DNA of 64,000 nt from positions 1,415-65,414 of the IMG/VR virus record IMGVR_UViG_3300031520_000001, one strand, 5' to 3'. The stretch is from a virus. The position numbers and the translations under genes are program-made. Below the pieces are notes generated by a model. It saw only the letters and a program-made list of their open reading frames with translations, was not told where the DNA came from and ran no database searches. This document shows, in pieces, positions 1-8,307 of this stretch (position 1 is the stretch's first letter; every line of letters starts with the position of its first letter).

Positions 1-953
1 GTGCCAAGAGAGCCAGCATCGTTTGCAAACTCTTTGAAACTGCCTCCTGATACCTCAAGCATCGCCTTCATGGATTTGTTTCCGCCAACAATCGCAGAAA
101 TCGCGGCAACATACTTCGCAGAGCCAACGGGAAACTTCTCTCCGACCGCCTTCGTGATCATGTCAACGGTGCCAGGAAGTGAGACCTTCATTTCGTCAGA
201 GATTTGCTGTGTGGTCAGTCCGACTTCTTTGAGGACCTTTGTTGCCTTTGAGGAGGGAGCCAGCAAATAGGTCAGCATCTGAGAGAGGTGTGTTCCTGCC
301 GCCGCACCTTTGTCGCCTGCATTCGACATCGTAGAGAGAGCAGCTTCCACATCAGTGATTTTCACACCGGCTGTTGCGGCAATAGGCAAGACGTTTCGTA
401 ATGCGCCCGTCAAGTCGTCCATATGCATTTTGCCCATCGAGGCCGCCATGCGAAACGAGTTCATCACGTTGACAGCTTGTTGCGCTGGCATGTGGTAGCT
501 ATGCATGGTGGTGGTAAGCACATCCGTTGTCGCGGCGAGATCGGAATTTTCAACCTTTGCGCCCATTGCGGCTGCACGCATGACACTTAATCCTGCTGCG
601 CCTCGGTAGCCCGCACTTTCCACATTAAACATGCCTTTAGCAAGTTGCTCGGTACTCGTTCCTGTATCTATCCCCATTTGTAAGAGGCCATCACCCACCA
701 TCTTGATTTTGTCTTGCGACTCACCAGCAGAGTTGACAAGCAGCGTCATGGATTGCTGCCAGTCACCCGCCATTTTGACGGTTTGCGCACCAACGGCAAC
801 GGCGGTCAGTCCAACGGCAGCGAGACCGATACCTACCGCACCTACGGGATTACTCGCAAGGCTCGACAGTGCGTTTTTGGCCATGTTGATGCCACTGATG
901 AGATTGGTCGTATTGGCTGAGAAATTCACGCCAATTGAGCCTATAAGCGGCAT
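1..953 (-). CDS. tail tape measure protein (TP901-like), 5' part; runs off the window start
   Basis: Manual translation from ATG at 953 (MPLIGSIGVNFSANTTNL...SMTLLVNSAGES...AAAMGAKVENSDL...) is Ala/Gly-rich and open to position 1; lies directly after the tail chaperone. Confidence 0.9.
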   Translation of the reverse strand, partial: MPLIGSIGVNFSANTTNLISGINMAKNALSSLASNPVGAVGIGLAAVGLTAVAVGAQTVKMAGDWQQSMTLLVNSAGESQDKIKMVGDGLLQMGIDTGTSTEQLAKGMFNVESAGYRGAAGLSVMRAAAMGAKVENSDLAATTDVLTTTMHSYHMPAQQAVNVMNSFRMAASMGKMHMDDLTGALRNVLPIAATAGVKITDVEAALSTMSNAGDKGAAAGTHLSQMLTYLLAPSSKATKVLKEVGLTTQQISDEMKVSLPGTVDMITKAVGEKFPVGSAKYVAAISAIVGGNKSMKAMLEVSGGSFKEFANDAGSLG

Positions 954-962
954 CGCATACTC

Positions 963-1036
963 CCTAAAAATACAAAAAGTGTACAGATGAATGTGTGTTC
1001 ATCTGTACACTTGCCCAATAGTTGGTAGCTAAGTGT
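963..1036 (-). promoter_or_regulatory. putative terminator/antiterminator switch, copy A (upstream of tape measure gene)
   Basis: Sense strand ACACTT-AGCTACCAACTATTGGGC-AAGTGT overlaps a 15-bp terminator stem AAGTGTACAGATGAA/TTCATCTGTACACTT followed by TTTG. Confidence 0.6.
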
Positions 1037-1039
1037 GAG

Positions 1040-1264
1040 TTATCCCCCAAGCAAGCTCGTCGTGTTGCCACTGGTAGACGCTTTACTTCGCGCCTCCTCC
1101 TCTTTGGCAATCTGGTGAAAGTAGGCCATCCAGTTGTTAATCACTGAGTAGCCTACCGATCCAACTAGACGGTCTGGGTCGATGCAGTTGAAGCGAGCGG
1201 CAAGGTCGTACTTGGCGCGTTCACTTGCGCTGTAACTGTCGTGCCTGGGATTGAAGCGTTTTTT
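1040..1264 (-). CDS. -1 frameshift extension of tail assembly chaperone (GT-like product)
   Basis: In-phase slippery heptamer A-AAA-AAC at 1258-1264; the -1 frame is open to TAA at 1040 (KKRFNPRHDSY...INNWMAYFHQIAKEEEARSK...GG*). Confidence 0.75.
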   Translation of the reverse strand, partial: KKRFNPRHDSYSASERAKYDLAARFNCIDPDRLVGSVGYSVINNWMAYFHQIAKEEEARSKASTSGNTTSLLGG

Positions 1265-1668
1265 GCGTTTTCCTGCGCCTTGTCGTCTAAGCCCGATAAT
1301 TTCGCAGAAGCGTTAGCGGCTGTCATGATGCGCCCCATGCCCGTTTTCAGGAGCATGTCACGGTCTGCGACGGAGAAAATGAGCGCCTTATCAGGATCAT
1401 CGGCATTGCGAATGGTATCAATGACTAGAGAGGACAACAATTTCTTCTGATTGACAGTTGGGGGCGTGGTGCTGCTATCGGTACATTCTGTGAGCAGATC
1501 TAGCCCAACATCGCCAGGAAGTTCACGAATAATGAGCTTCGCGTCTTTCAGTTTTGCGAGATCAACGGTGATAGGCTCTTCTCTGAGTGGCTCGTCCAGC
1601 CATGCGGAACGAATGTCTTGTGTACTAAGCATTTTCTTGAGTGTCACTTTCTTTGGTTGAATAGTCAT
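1165..1668 (-). CDS. tail assembly chaperone (G-like)
   Basis: 167 aa between tail tube genes and tape measure gene, with slippery site near the 3' end. Confidence 0.8.
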   Translation of the reverse strand: MTIQPKKVTLKKMLSTQDIRSAWLDEPLREEPITVDLAKLKDAKLIIRELPGDVGLDLLTECTDSSTTPPTVNQKKLLSSLVIDTIRNADDPDKALIFSVADRDMLLKTGMGRIMTAANASAKLSGLDDKAQENAKNASIPGTTVTAQVNAPSTTLPLASTASTQTV

Positions 1669-1670
1669 GA

Positions 1671-2315
1671 TTAAGAAGCCAAGAAGTAGACAGGACCAGA
1701 GACTTCAAAGTCCAAATCTTCTTCCACTAACTTGTCTACCGCGATTTTGAGTGCGTCCGTTTTGAGCAAGCCATAACAGACATAGCGAGACGTAGGATTC
1801 GATCCGTTGTAGAGCACTAAGAGCAAGAGCGTATTCGTGCCGATGTACTGCATGAGCGTCGCGTCTACCCACCACTTATTCACCTTCACGGCAGCACCAA
1901 CAAGCTTACTTTGCTTCGTCTTCCACTGCGACGGCGGATTGGTCCACGCAGTAGTGTCTTCGATATCCACCGTGTTGGTGATATCAACAGATTTCGCATT
2001 GCCAAGAAACGCCACAACCACATAGTTTGCTGATGCGATGCGCACTTGCACAGTAGAGGCATTCGCCGCCAAAAACTTCACACGTCCAATGGAGTACTGC
2101 ACGATAAAGCCACTCGTAATCGCGCTCCACGTCGTACCATTGTCAGGTGAGGTCTGTACCACCACTGCAACAGTTGGGTCAAGTGCCTGATGTGCAGTAT
2201 TCGTGATGACGTAGGAAATATGATCTCCTACGTCGGTCATGGCCTCATTCGTTGTTGCGATAGATGGTGGTGAGGACAGGTAGAAATTGGCAAGGTAGCC
2301 TTGAAGTGCTGGCAT
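1671..2315 (-). CDS. tail tube protein paralogue with internal insertion
   Basis: Shares M.A..GYLA..Y, DI..T...WK.K..G and DF..SGP motifs with 2332-2742. Confidence 0.6.
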   Translation of the reverse strand: MPALQGYLANFYLSSPPSIATTNEAMTDVGDHISYVITNTAHQALDPTVAVVVQTSPDNGTTWSAITSGFIVQYSIGRVKFLAANASTVQVRIASANYVVVAFLGNAKSVDITNTVDIEDTTAWTNPPSQWKTKQSKLVGAAVKVNKWWVDATLMQYIGTNTLLLLVLYNGSNPTSRYVCYGLLKTDALKIAVDKLVEEDLDFEVSGPVYFLAS

Positions 2316-2331
2316 TGTAAGCTCCTACAAT

Positions 2332-2742
2332 TTACGGTGTGAAGACAATCGGCCCTGACCCATCCAGATCAAAACTTATGTCGTCCTGCTTGTTGACCGC
2401 GAACTTGAGACCTTCGCTCTTGTTGATAGCGGTCCCACTAAAGAGCGTGGTCGCGGCCGCTCCTTTTGGCTTGATCTGCCACGAGACCAACGCGCCTGGA
2501 TTGGTGATCGTTGCAGCCTGAATAGCCATTTGCTGTGCATCGCTAAAGTCGGTATAGCCTGAGAGTTTGAGCATGTAATCCGCAAGTCCACCGAGTTTAC
2601 GTTTCCATGCATCGCCTTGCCCAAGTGCGGTAATGTCGTAGACGTCGCCATTGATGGTCAAGTCTGCTTGTGTGAGATTGCCTATCACGGCTAGTGTAGA
2701 GCCGATATAGACCGTTGCCAGATAACCCGCATTTGCCGCCAT
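2332..2742 (-). CDS. major tail (tube) protein
   Basis: 136 aa, DITALG..AWKRKLGGL and SFDLDGSGP tail-tube motifs; position after tail terminator. Confidence 0.8.
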   Translation of the reverse strand: MAANAGYLATVYIGSTLAVIGNLTQADLTINGDVYDITALGQGDAWKRKLGGLADYMLKLSGYTDFSDAQQMAIQAATITNPGALVSWQIKPKGAAATTLFSGTAINKSEGLKFAVNKQDDISFDLDGSGPIVFTP

Positions 2743-2751
2743 GTCTTTCTC

Positions 2752-3180
2752 CTATTGAATAAAAATGTCGTATTTGAGTGTCAAGTGCCAGGTGAGACCA
2801 TCGTTATCCTGAACACCATTTGCCATGTTGTACATCATGCTTGCCACTGTGAGTGTTGCCAGCACCAACGGCTGTTGTGGTTGGTCAAACAGTCCGTTGA
2901 GATAGTCCACTGCTTTGTCAGCATTGAATGTTCCGTTGTCACGCGTAAACAGGTGTATGCTCGTGAGTAGGGCGTATCCCTTGCGTCCAAATGCGTTTTT
3001 GGGCATTTCCTGTGTATCGCCAATCAGGATGTATTGTGGCTTCGTCCCAGACGGTACTCCGCGAATGTTGTACACCGCTTGAAAGCCTAAGCTACTGAGT
3101 GCCGCGACAATCACGTTGTTGCTCGTCAGTTTGGCATAGAGCGCAGTGTGCAGCTCAACCTTCGCCGTGTTCGCAGTCAT
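2752..3180 (-). CDS. tail terminator / tail completion protein (DUF3168-like)
   Basis: 142 aa, ALYAKL...PQYILIG...SIHLFT pattern and synteny. Confidence 0.75.
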   Translation of the reverse strand: MTANTAKVELHTALYAKLTSNNVIVAALSSLGFQAVYNIRGVPSGTKPQYILIGDTQEMPKNAFGRKGYALLTSIHLFTRDNGTFNADKAVDYLNGLFDQPQQPLVLATLTVASMMYNMANGVQDNDGLTWHLTLKYDIFIQ

Positions 3181-3311
3181 TGCCCTGATGCCCTCATCGC
3201 ACGTGAAACCGCCGCACTATAGCCAAGCACAATCGCCAAGCCAGAGAACACGCCAAAGAGATACGAGAAGAGCAGGATGAGCCAGAACAGCCATTCAGGA
3301 AGTGCAAGCAT
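3177..3311 (-). CDS. small membrane protein
   Basis: MLALPEWLFWLILLFSYLFGVFSGLAIVLG..., hydrophobic, stop overlaps next start. Confidence 0.5.
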   Translation of the reverse strand: MLALPEWLFWLILLFSYLFGVFSGLAIVLGYSAAVSRAMRASGQ

Positions 3312-3312
3312 G

Positions 3313-3501
3313 TTAGACCGTCGCTTTCTGCTGTGGGACGCTCGCAACCTTCTCAGGCAGAGCAGACCGCTTGATCGCAAGAGTGATTGTCACCGTCTCT
3401 GCCTTCGTGCCAAGCCATTGAAACGCACGATGCACCAGATAGACCAGTGCGATGAGCAAGGCCAACAGAGCGCATAATCCGAACACAATCACTGCTATCA
3501 C
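3313..3501 (-). CDS. small membrane protein
   Basis: N-terminal hydrophobic helix MIAVIVFGLCALLALLIALVYLV; translationally coupled. Confidence 0.55.
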   Translation of the reverse strand: MIAVIVFGLCALLALLIALVYLVHRAFQWLGTKAETVTITLAIKRSALPEKVASVPQQKATV

Positions 3502-3851
3502 TTGATGACTCCTTGCATATCCTGCTCATACTGTTGAGCATGTTGGAAGAATGGTGCGGTTAGGAACGGATTCGGTGGCACATACGAGCCTGACCGTGTA
3601 TGATGGCCTTGATCGACATACAAAGCAGGTGAGTCGTATTCAACGGTTCCCTGCAATGTGCCGATGGTCACAACCTTACTTGCTTTCATCGCGCCCGTGC
3701 GTACAGGTGCTAGTGCTTCTGAGTCGTCACCCGTACCATTCGTGTGCTTCTCGATAATCGCTTGCACATCGGCTTGCGATTGCACGGAGAGATTGTCTAA
3801 GCCGCTTATAACCGCCTCTAAGCCGTTGAGAGACATGCTGATATCGCTCAC
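3498..3851 (-). CDS. HK97 gp10-like tail completion protein
   Basis: APVRTG..K.S, YA/LYV..G and P.PFL motifs. Confidence 0.8.
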   Translation of the reverse strand: MSDISMSLNGLEAVISGLDNLSVQSQADVQAIIEKHTNGTGDDSEALAPVRTGAMKASKVVTIGTLQGTVEYDSPALYVDQGHHTRSGSYVPPNPFLTAPFFQHAQQYEQDMQGVIK

Positions 3852-4042
3852 TGCTGTACTCCTTGCGATGCTCGTATGCGATGTGGCAATTCTTTGAGAG
3901 CAGCTTCAATCTCTTCGTGTACAATTTGTCTGATTTTTAAGCGGAACTCGTGAACCTTGCCCTCGATGTTGTCGTCTTCAAGAGCTTGTGTGAGTTCGCT
4001 TGTATCAGCCGTCAGTTTGATATGTGTATCGAGTTTTGCCAC
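3848..4042 (-). CDS. hypothetical protein
   Basis: 64 aa ORF coupled to both neighbours. Confidence 0.55.
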   Translation of the reverse strand: MAKLDTHIKLTADTSELTQALEDDNIEGKVHEFRLKIRQIVHEEIEAALKELPHRIRASQGVQQ

Positions 4043-4428
4043 TAGCTCACCTCTTCTAATTCGTCTAGCACGACGTACACCCGCCTCACGACCTCATAGG
4101 TCACGGGGTCAAGCGGGGCAATCACGCGATGGACAACACCCGCGATGCGCAATCGGTCCTGTGTTTTCACGTCGGTATGGCGTGGCAACATCGCAATCTT
4201 AATCACCGCGCTCACCAATTGCGTGTCGTCTACCAACTCTTTAGGCGCACGTTGCACGTTGACCAACACACACGGGACTGTCGAGAGAATAGGCCACGTT
4301 ACCCCTGTTTTGCCCCCTTGTGTGTCTTGCGTACTGGTTGCTCGTAGGACATCGCACGTGTCGGACATGACCAAGTCCTGAATCACTTGCCCGTATCCTG
4401 CGAGGTCTGCATCCGTGAAAATCGCCAC
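4042..4428 (-). CDS. head closure / head-tail adaptor (SPP1 gp16-like)
   Basis: 128 aa, LP..TDVK..DRL.I.G..H.V pattern and synteny. Confidence 0.75.
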   Translation of the reverse strand: MAIFTDADLAGYGQVIQDLVMSDTCDVLRATSTQDTQGGKTGVTWPILSTVPCVLVNVQRAPKELVDDTQLVSAVIKIAMLPRHTDVKTQDRLRIAGVVHRVIAPLDPVTYEVVRRVYVVLDELEEVS

Positions 4429-4895
4429 TAGAAGCCACCTCCATATGAGCCATAGGGAATGAAGCCATACGGATAATCAGGTTCCAGGAAGTCCAGTTCA
4501 ATGCGTCCCATCTGGAACCCTGTGTTGCGTCCACCAACGTCGTAGCCAAGCTTGATGCATTCGTTCTCAGCCTCTTCCATTTGTGCCATGACGTGTGTGT
4601 AGGCTTGCGAACGCAATGCAACTAACGCCTGTGGAACCGTGACATCGAAGCGAACCGCGAGTAACCGCGTAAACCGTTTGAGTGCGTAGTAATTGAGTAA
4701 GGCCAAGTAGCCACGTATCTGCGCCTGTGGCACGTCAAACGAGGCTAACAGGTCCTCCGTGACGCCAAGTTGTCGGAGCGACATGTCCACCGCAAAGTTA
4801 TAGGCAGTGGTCAGTTGATCGCTCGTAAACTTGGCATCCGTTGCAAGGTCTGAGTACTCATTGGTTAAGTTGGTGATTGCGGTTGCCCGTTGCAT
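4428..4895 (-). CDS. head-tail connector (adaptor) protein
   Basis: 155 aa helical protein between capsid and closure genes; assigned by synteny. Confidence 0.6.
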   Translation of the reverse strand: MQRATAITNLTNEYSDLATDAKFTSDQLTTAYNFAVDMSLRQLGVTEDLLASFDVPQAQIRGYLALLNYYALKRFTRLLAVRFDVTVPQALVALRSQAYTHVMAQMEEAENECIKLGYDVGGRNTGFQMGRIELDFLEPDYPYGFIPYGSYGGGF

Positions 4896-4898
4896 CGA

Positions 4899-5063
4899 TT
4901 ATGCCTTTATTGGATTGCCGTTCGCATCGACAAGAAATCCGTTGACCATGTATTTCCCGCCTGGAATGGTCTCATCAAGCGGTTTCACATCAGCGATTGG
5001 TGCTATTTCCGGTGGTGTTGGTGCCGGAGTCGGGTCTGGCACCTTTGGTGTTGGATCTGCCAT
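4899..5063 (-). CDS. small Pro-rich head-associated protein
   Basis: Manual translation MADPTPKVPDPTPAPTPPEIAPIADVKPLDETIPGGKYMVNGFLVDANGNPIKA*, AAGGAG RBS; fills the gap after the capsid gene. Confidence 0.65.
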   Translation of the reverse strand: MADPTPKVPDPTPAPTPPEIAPIADVKPLDETIPGGKYMVNGFLVDANGNPIKA

Positions 5064-5075
5064 GTCAGTTACTCC

Positions 5076-6173
5076 TTAGAATGGTCCTGCGACTGGTTCG
5101 ACATAGGTTGCATTTGGACTGATGTTGAGACATGCTCCATTGCGCCTTTCAAAAACTCCTATCCCATACTCACGCTGCATGTACTGTGCGCGAAGTGGGT
5201 AATTCTCATAGTCCGCAGCAATGTGCAGATCGCCGGGCTGTCCTACGCGGGTACGCATGCGCAACGGCTTGTCGGCTGCTGTATTGAAGCAGAACAGGTA
5301 GCCGCTTGGCACCCACGGCTTGACCCAGATTTCCGCCTGTTGGTAGATACCAATTGGCCGGTTGTAGGGGTCCATCAGGTCCAGCGTTTTCGCGCCTGCG
5401 AAGTCCTGGTTGACGCTTGGTGTAATGCGTGGGTCATAGTACGGGTAGAACTTGATCGGTGTCGTCGTCAGAGCGCGGACGGTTGGTTCTTCTGTGCGAT
5501 TGATGTAGACGCGAATTTGACCATTCATCCAGTGCTCCACTACCGTCGCAATCAACGCCTGTAAATCAGCGTCAGCAAGCGTTGCTGCTACTGTTGCAAG
5601 GTAGTGCGTATGGGTACCCGCATTGAAGATGCGACCATACTGATCGGGTGGAATGTACGTTCCGTCTGCATTGAGCAATGCGCGAAGTGGGTACGTGGCA
5701 CGGTCTATATAGCGGTCAATGTAGTTGGGCGTGTTGGTTGGATGAAACAAATTGTAGCGAATAGCACGCATCATATCGCGCAAGTCCGCATCGCGGATAG
5801 CGGTCAAGATGCTATCGAGATCGCCCACAGTCTTGTTCATCATGAAATCGCGTGTGACGCCCCATGCAGCCTGTTTGCGAGTGAACGGAAAGCCCATGAG
5901 GGTAGGCGTTGGCGCGGTTTTCTGCACGTCTGGGCGGCCATACTCATCACTTTCCATCATGTCGAGAGAGTCGTTGCTGCCCCAGGTCATGAAGCGCTCT
6001 TGCGTGGGCGCAACGAGGTCTTCAGTCATTTCCTGGAAGATGCGATTATGCGCTTGCAGGAAAATGGTGATCTGCTGATAGAGCGTTGCTTCATCATAGA
6101 TGTTGATGAACTGGTTGTACTGTGCCTTTTTCGCCCCGATGGTATCGAGAATATTTAAGGTACCGAAAGCCAT
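5076..6173 (-). CDS. major capsid protein
   Basis: 365 aa following scaffold and decoration genes; size and position typical of an HK97-fold capsid protein. Confidence 0.8.
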   Translation of the reverse strand: MAFGTLNILDTIGAKKAQYNQFINIYDEATLYQQITIFLQAHNRIFQEMTEDLVAPTQERFMTWGSNDSLDMMESDEYGRPDVQKTAPTPTLMGFPFTRKQAAWGVTRDFMMNKTVGDLDSILTAIRDADLRDMMRAIRYNLFHPTNTPNYIDRYIDRATYPLRALLNADGTYIPPDQYGRIFNAGTHTHYLATVAATLADADLQALIATVVEHWMNGQIRVYINRTEEPTVRALTTTPIKFYPYYDPRITPSVNQDFAGAKTLDLMDPYNRPIGIYQQAEIWVKPWVPSGYLFCFNTAADKPLRMRTRVGQPGDLHIAADYENYPLRAQYMQREYGIGVFERRNGACLNISPNATYVEPVAGPF

Positions 6174-6198
6174 TGAAATGATGTCCTTTCTTTAGGCT

Positions 6199-6633
6199 TT
6201 AGGCCCAACTACGCTTGACTTCGATCCGTGAGCCAACCGTCGAATTGACGTAATCAGGCACGACACGTGCAATTGGTGCGACGCCACCAGCCGTTGGCGC
6301 GGTATTGAGGCCACCTGGAACGGTGTCGAGGTAGAGGAAGGTGCCAGGGGTCATACCTGCACCATAGGCGAAGCGAACGCCATAATACAGCGAAATCGCG
6401 CCACCAAGAGGGCAATCGCTGGACGCGAAACCGTCTACGACATTTGAGGGGTCGGAGGCAACGGTGCCATTGGAGCGATAAACTAAACCATCGGCACTCT
6501 TGATGTAGCAGGCGTCTCCAGCTGCGATGGCCTCACCTGCATGAAGTCCTGAGAGATTACAGGACGTGGGCGGTACGGCTGTCACCAGTGATGGTTTACC
6601 GACCTTTGCGACACTAGGCATGAAAGCCTCCAA
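6199..6633 (-). CDS. capsid decoration / cement protein
   Basis: 144 aa Gly/Ala-rich, AGEAIAAGD.CYIK...G..YL motif, immediately upstream of capsid gene. Confidence 0.7.
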   Translation of the reverse strand: MEAFMPSVAKVGKPSLVTAVPPTSCNLSGLHAGEAIAAGDACYIKSADGLVYRSNGTVASDPSNVVDGFASSDCPLGGAISLYYGVRFAYGAGMTPGTFLYLDTVPGGLNTAPTAGGVAPIARVVPDYVNSTVGSRIEVKRSWA

Positions 6634-6697
6634 AACAAAAAAAGAGTGTATGAGGAAATTTCCTCATACACTCACCCAATAATTGCTAGTTAAGTGT
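6631..6697 (-). promoter_or_regulatory. putative terminator/antiterminator switch, copy B (upstream of decoration and capsid genes)
   Basis: Sense ACACTTA-ACTAGCAATTATTGGG-TGAGTGT overlaps a 13-bp stem GAGTGTATGAGGA/TCCTCATACACTC followed by T7. Confidence 0.6.
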
Positions 6698-6717
6698 TGT
6701 TGTGCGAAACCATCCTG

Positions 6718-7317
6718 CTACATCTTGCCTGCAAGTCCTGATGCCCGATAGCGTTTGTAGTAGTCGTTGACATCGGTGCCAGGTTCGTCGCTACTTGGTT
6801 TCGGATTCGGCACGTTTCCAGGCGTCTGCCCGCGTGCCTGTGTGTTCAGGCGTTCAACCAGTGGTCTGAGCTTTTCAAGCGACTTCAAGCGATCTTCAAC
6901 GGGAGCGGATTTATCGGGAAGCAAGTCTTTGATTTCTGCGGGCCAGTCTTTGACCTCTGCTTTAATCTGCTCATTCACGATGTCTGAAAGTTTGGTGTAT
7001 CGCTCAACCGTTGGTTCAAGCTCTTTGACACGTTGCTCGTGCTGCTCTGCCAACTTCTGAAATTCGCCTTGTTTGCGTAACTCTTCTTGCTCTTGCTGCT
7101 GTCGAGCAGTTTCCTGAGCTTTGAGCGTTTCGCGTTTCTCCTTGTTTTCGTTCCGCAAGGTGCTGATAAGCTCCTGGATATCTTGCGGTAAGGAGTCAAT
7201 GGAAGTGCGTCCGTTCGGTGTCTGCCCGTTCGGTGTGGGTGTGGGCGTCTGCCCTGTGGAGTCTCCATCATTGAGCGTCTGCCCGTTTGATGGAGCGTTA
7301 TTGTTCTGTTGAGTCAT
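6718..7317 (-). CDS. capsid scaffolding protein
   Basis: Disordered N-terminus, coiled coil LRNENKEKRE...ELRKQGEFQKLAEQ, upstream of capsid genes. Confidence 0.8.
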   Translation of the reverse strand: MTQQNNNAPSNGQTLNDGDSTGQTPTPTPNGQTPNGRTSIDSLPQDIQELISTLRNENKEKRETLKAQETARQQQEQEELRKQGEFQKLAEQHEQRVKELEPTVERYTKLSDIVNEQIKAEVKDWPAEIKDLLPDKSAPVEDRLKSLEKLRPLVERLNTQARGQTPGNVPNPKPSSDEPGTDVNDYYKRYRASGLAGKM

Positions 7318-7372
7318 TTATAACACATCCTTCCTATGGTGTCAATAGTTGAGTGTAAACGCACTCAAATGG

Positions 7373-7540
7373 CTATTTGTTGTCTTTCGTTAGATGTTCT
7401 TTGCAGAGTGCCTCGATATCATCTACGGCATCACTTAATGCCCATGATTTTACAGTTTCTCCTTCAGCGTTGTCCTTCAATTCCTCCCGTACTGATCGCA
7501 CTCGCTCAAGTATCTTTTGTATAAATTCTTCTGTAGTCAC
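7373..7540 (-). CDS. hypothetical protein (55 aa)
   Basis: GTG start with AAGGAG RBS; MTTEEFIQKILERVRSVREELK...KEHLTKDNK*. Confidence 0.55.
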   Translation of the reverse strand: MTTEEFIQKILERVRSVREELKDNAEGETVKSWALSDAVDDIEALCKEHLTKDNK

Positions 7541-7743
7541 TGGCTTGACTCCTTATTCTCATGTTTCTTTCGTTGATAAAATCCGTAGGGACGCAGTTCG
7601 TCTTCCTCGTGTTGCTTGCGTGGCGTGAAGCCGAACGGGACATGCTCTTTTTCCTCATACTTGTCGTCCTCTGGTTCAGGGGTGACGTTGGACGTGACAA
7701 AGCCATCACGGAGCGAGGAAAGAGCGTATGCATCCCGGTACAT
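7537..7743 (-). CDS. hypothetical protein
   Basis: 68 aa acidic ORF coupled to neighbours. Confidence 0.5.
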   Translation of the reverse strand: MYRDAYALSSLRDGFVTSNVTPEPEDDKYEEKEHVPFGFTPRKQHEEDELRPYGFYQRKKHENKESSQ

Positions 7744-7747
7744 ACGA

Positions 7748-8050
7748 TTATCCTTCTGGCAATTCGTCTACTTCAAGCGCAGTTACAGCAATTTCAATAT
7801 TGTCGAGTTGAATCGTCTCTTTTATAAGATTGCGATCTTCTCCAATCATAAATTTTCCTGATTCATCAGTTCTGCAATACTTGATTACCGCTCTATTTTT
7901 CTCACTTGGACTGAGTAAAAGAAACACATGTTCAATATTGTTTATACGTTCACCTGTTTCAACATCGGTTGCAGTAAGAAAGAAACCTGCAATGTCCTTC
8001 ATTCCACCTTCAATGCGAACACGTCGCTTCCAATCCTTGTGCATGTTCAT
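7748..8050 (-). CDS. hypothetical protein
   Basis: Start moved to ATG at 8050 (AAGGAG RBS): MNMHKDWKRRVRIEGG... Confidence 0.6.
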   Translation of the reverse strand: MNMHKDWKRRVRIEGGMKDIAGFFLTATDVETGERINNIEHVFLLLSPSEKNRAVIKYCRTDESGKFMIGEDRNLIKETIQLDNIEIAVTALEVDELPEG

Positions 8051-8307
8051 TATTTGACTCTCCTTATGCCCTCTTCTACTGGGTGTGTAGTGTGCGTAGA
8101 AGTGAGATCGTAACCACATTCTGGACATGTCTTTGCAGGTTGAGGCAACATCTGCACAACGATGAGAAACACAGCACATGAGAGAGCGGCATTCGTCCAT
8201 TGTCCGCCAGGAAGGAATGTCAGGATGTGCGTAAAGCCTGGAATAAGATAATAGACGAATGCCACAAGTGAGAGAGCGGTAATGCTATTGAGCAGTGTTG
8301 TTTTCAT
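8050..8307 (-). CDS. membrane protein with C-terminal zinc ribbon
   Basis: Two hydrophobic segments then CPECGY. Confidence 0.55.
   Translation of the reverse strand: MKTTLLNSITALSLVAFVYYLIPGFTHILTFLPGGQWTNAALSCAVFLIVVQMLPQPAKTCPECGYDLTSTHTTHPVEEGIRRVK

Noticed and set aside
1013-1036. UAGCUAC in switch A resembles the preQ1-I riboswitch loop
   Set aside because: No A-rich 3' tail, not conserved in copies B and C, and downstream genes are structural
4890-6158. Plus-strand ORFs of 184-224 aa opposite the capsid gene
   Set aside because: Antisense shadows of a clear structural gene; the same applies to 36750-37568, 37291-37848 and ORFs opposite the tail genes
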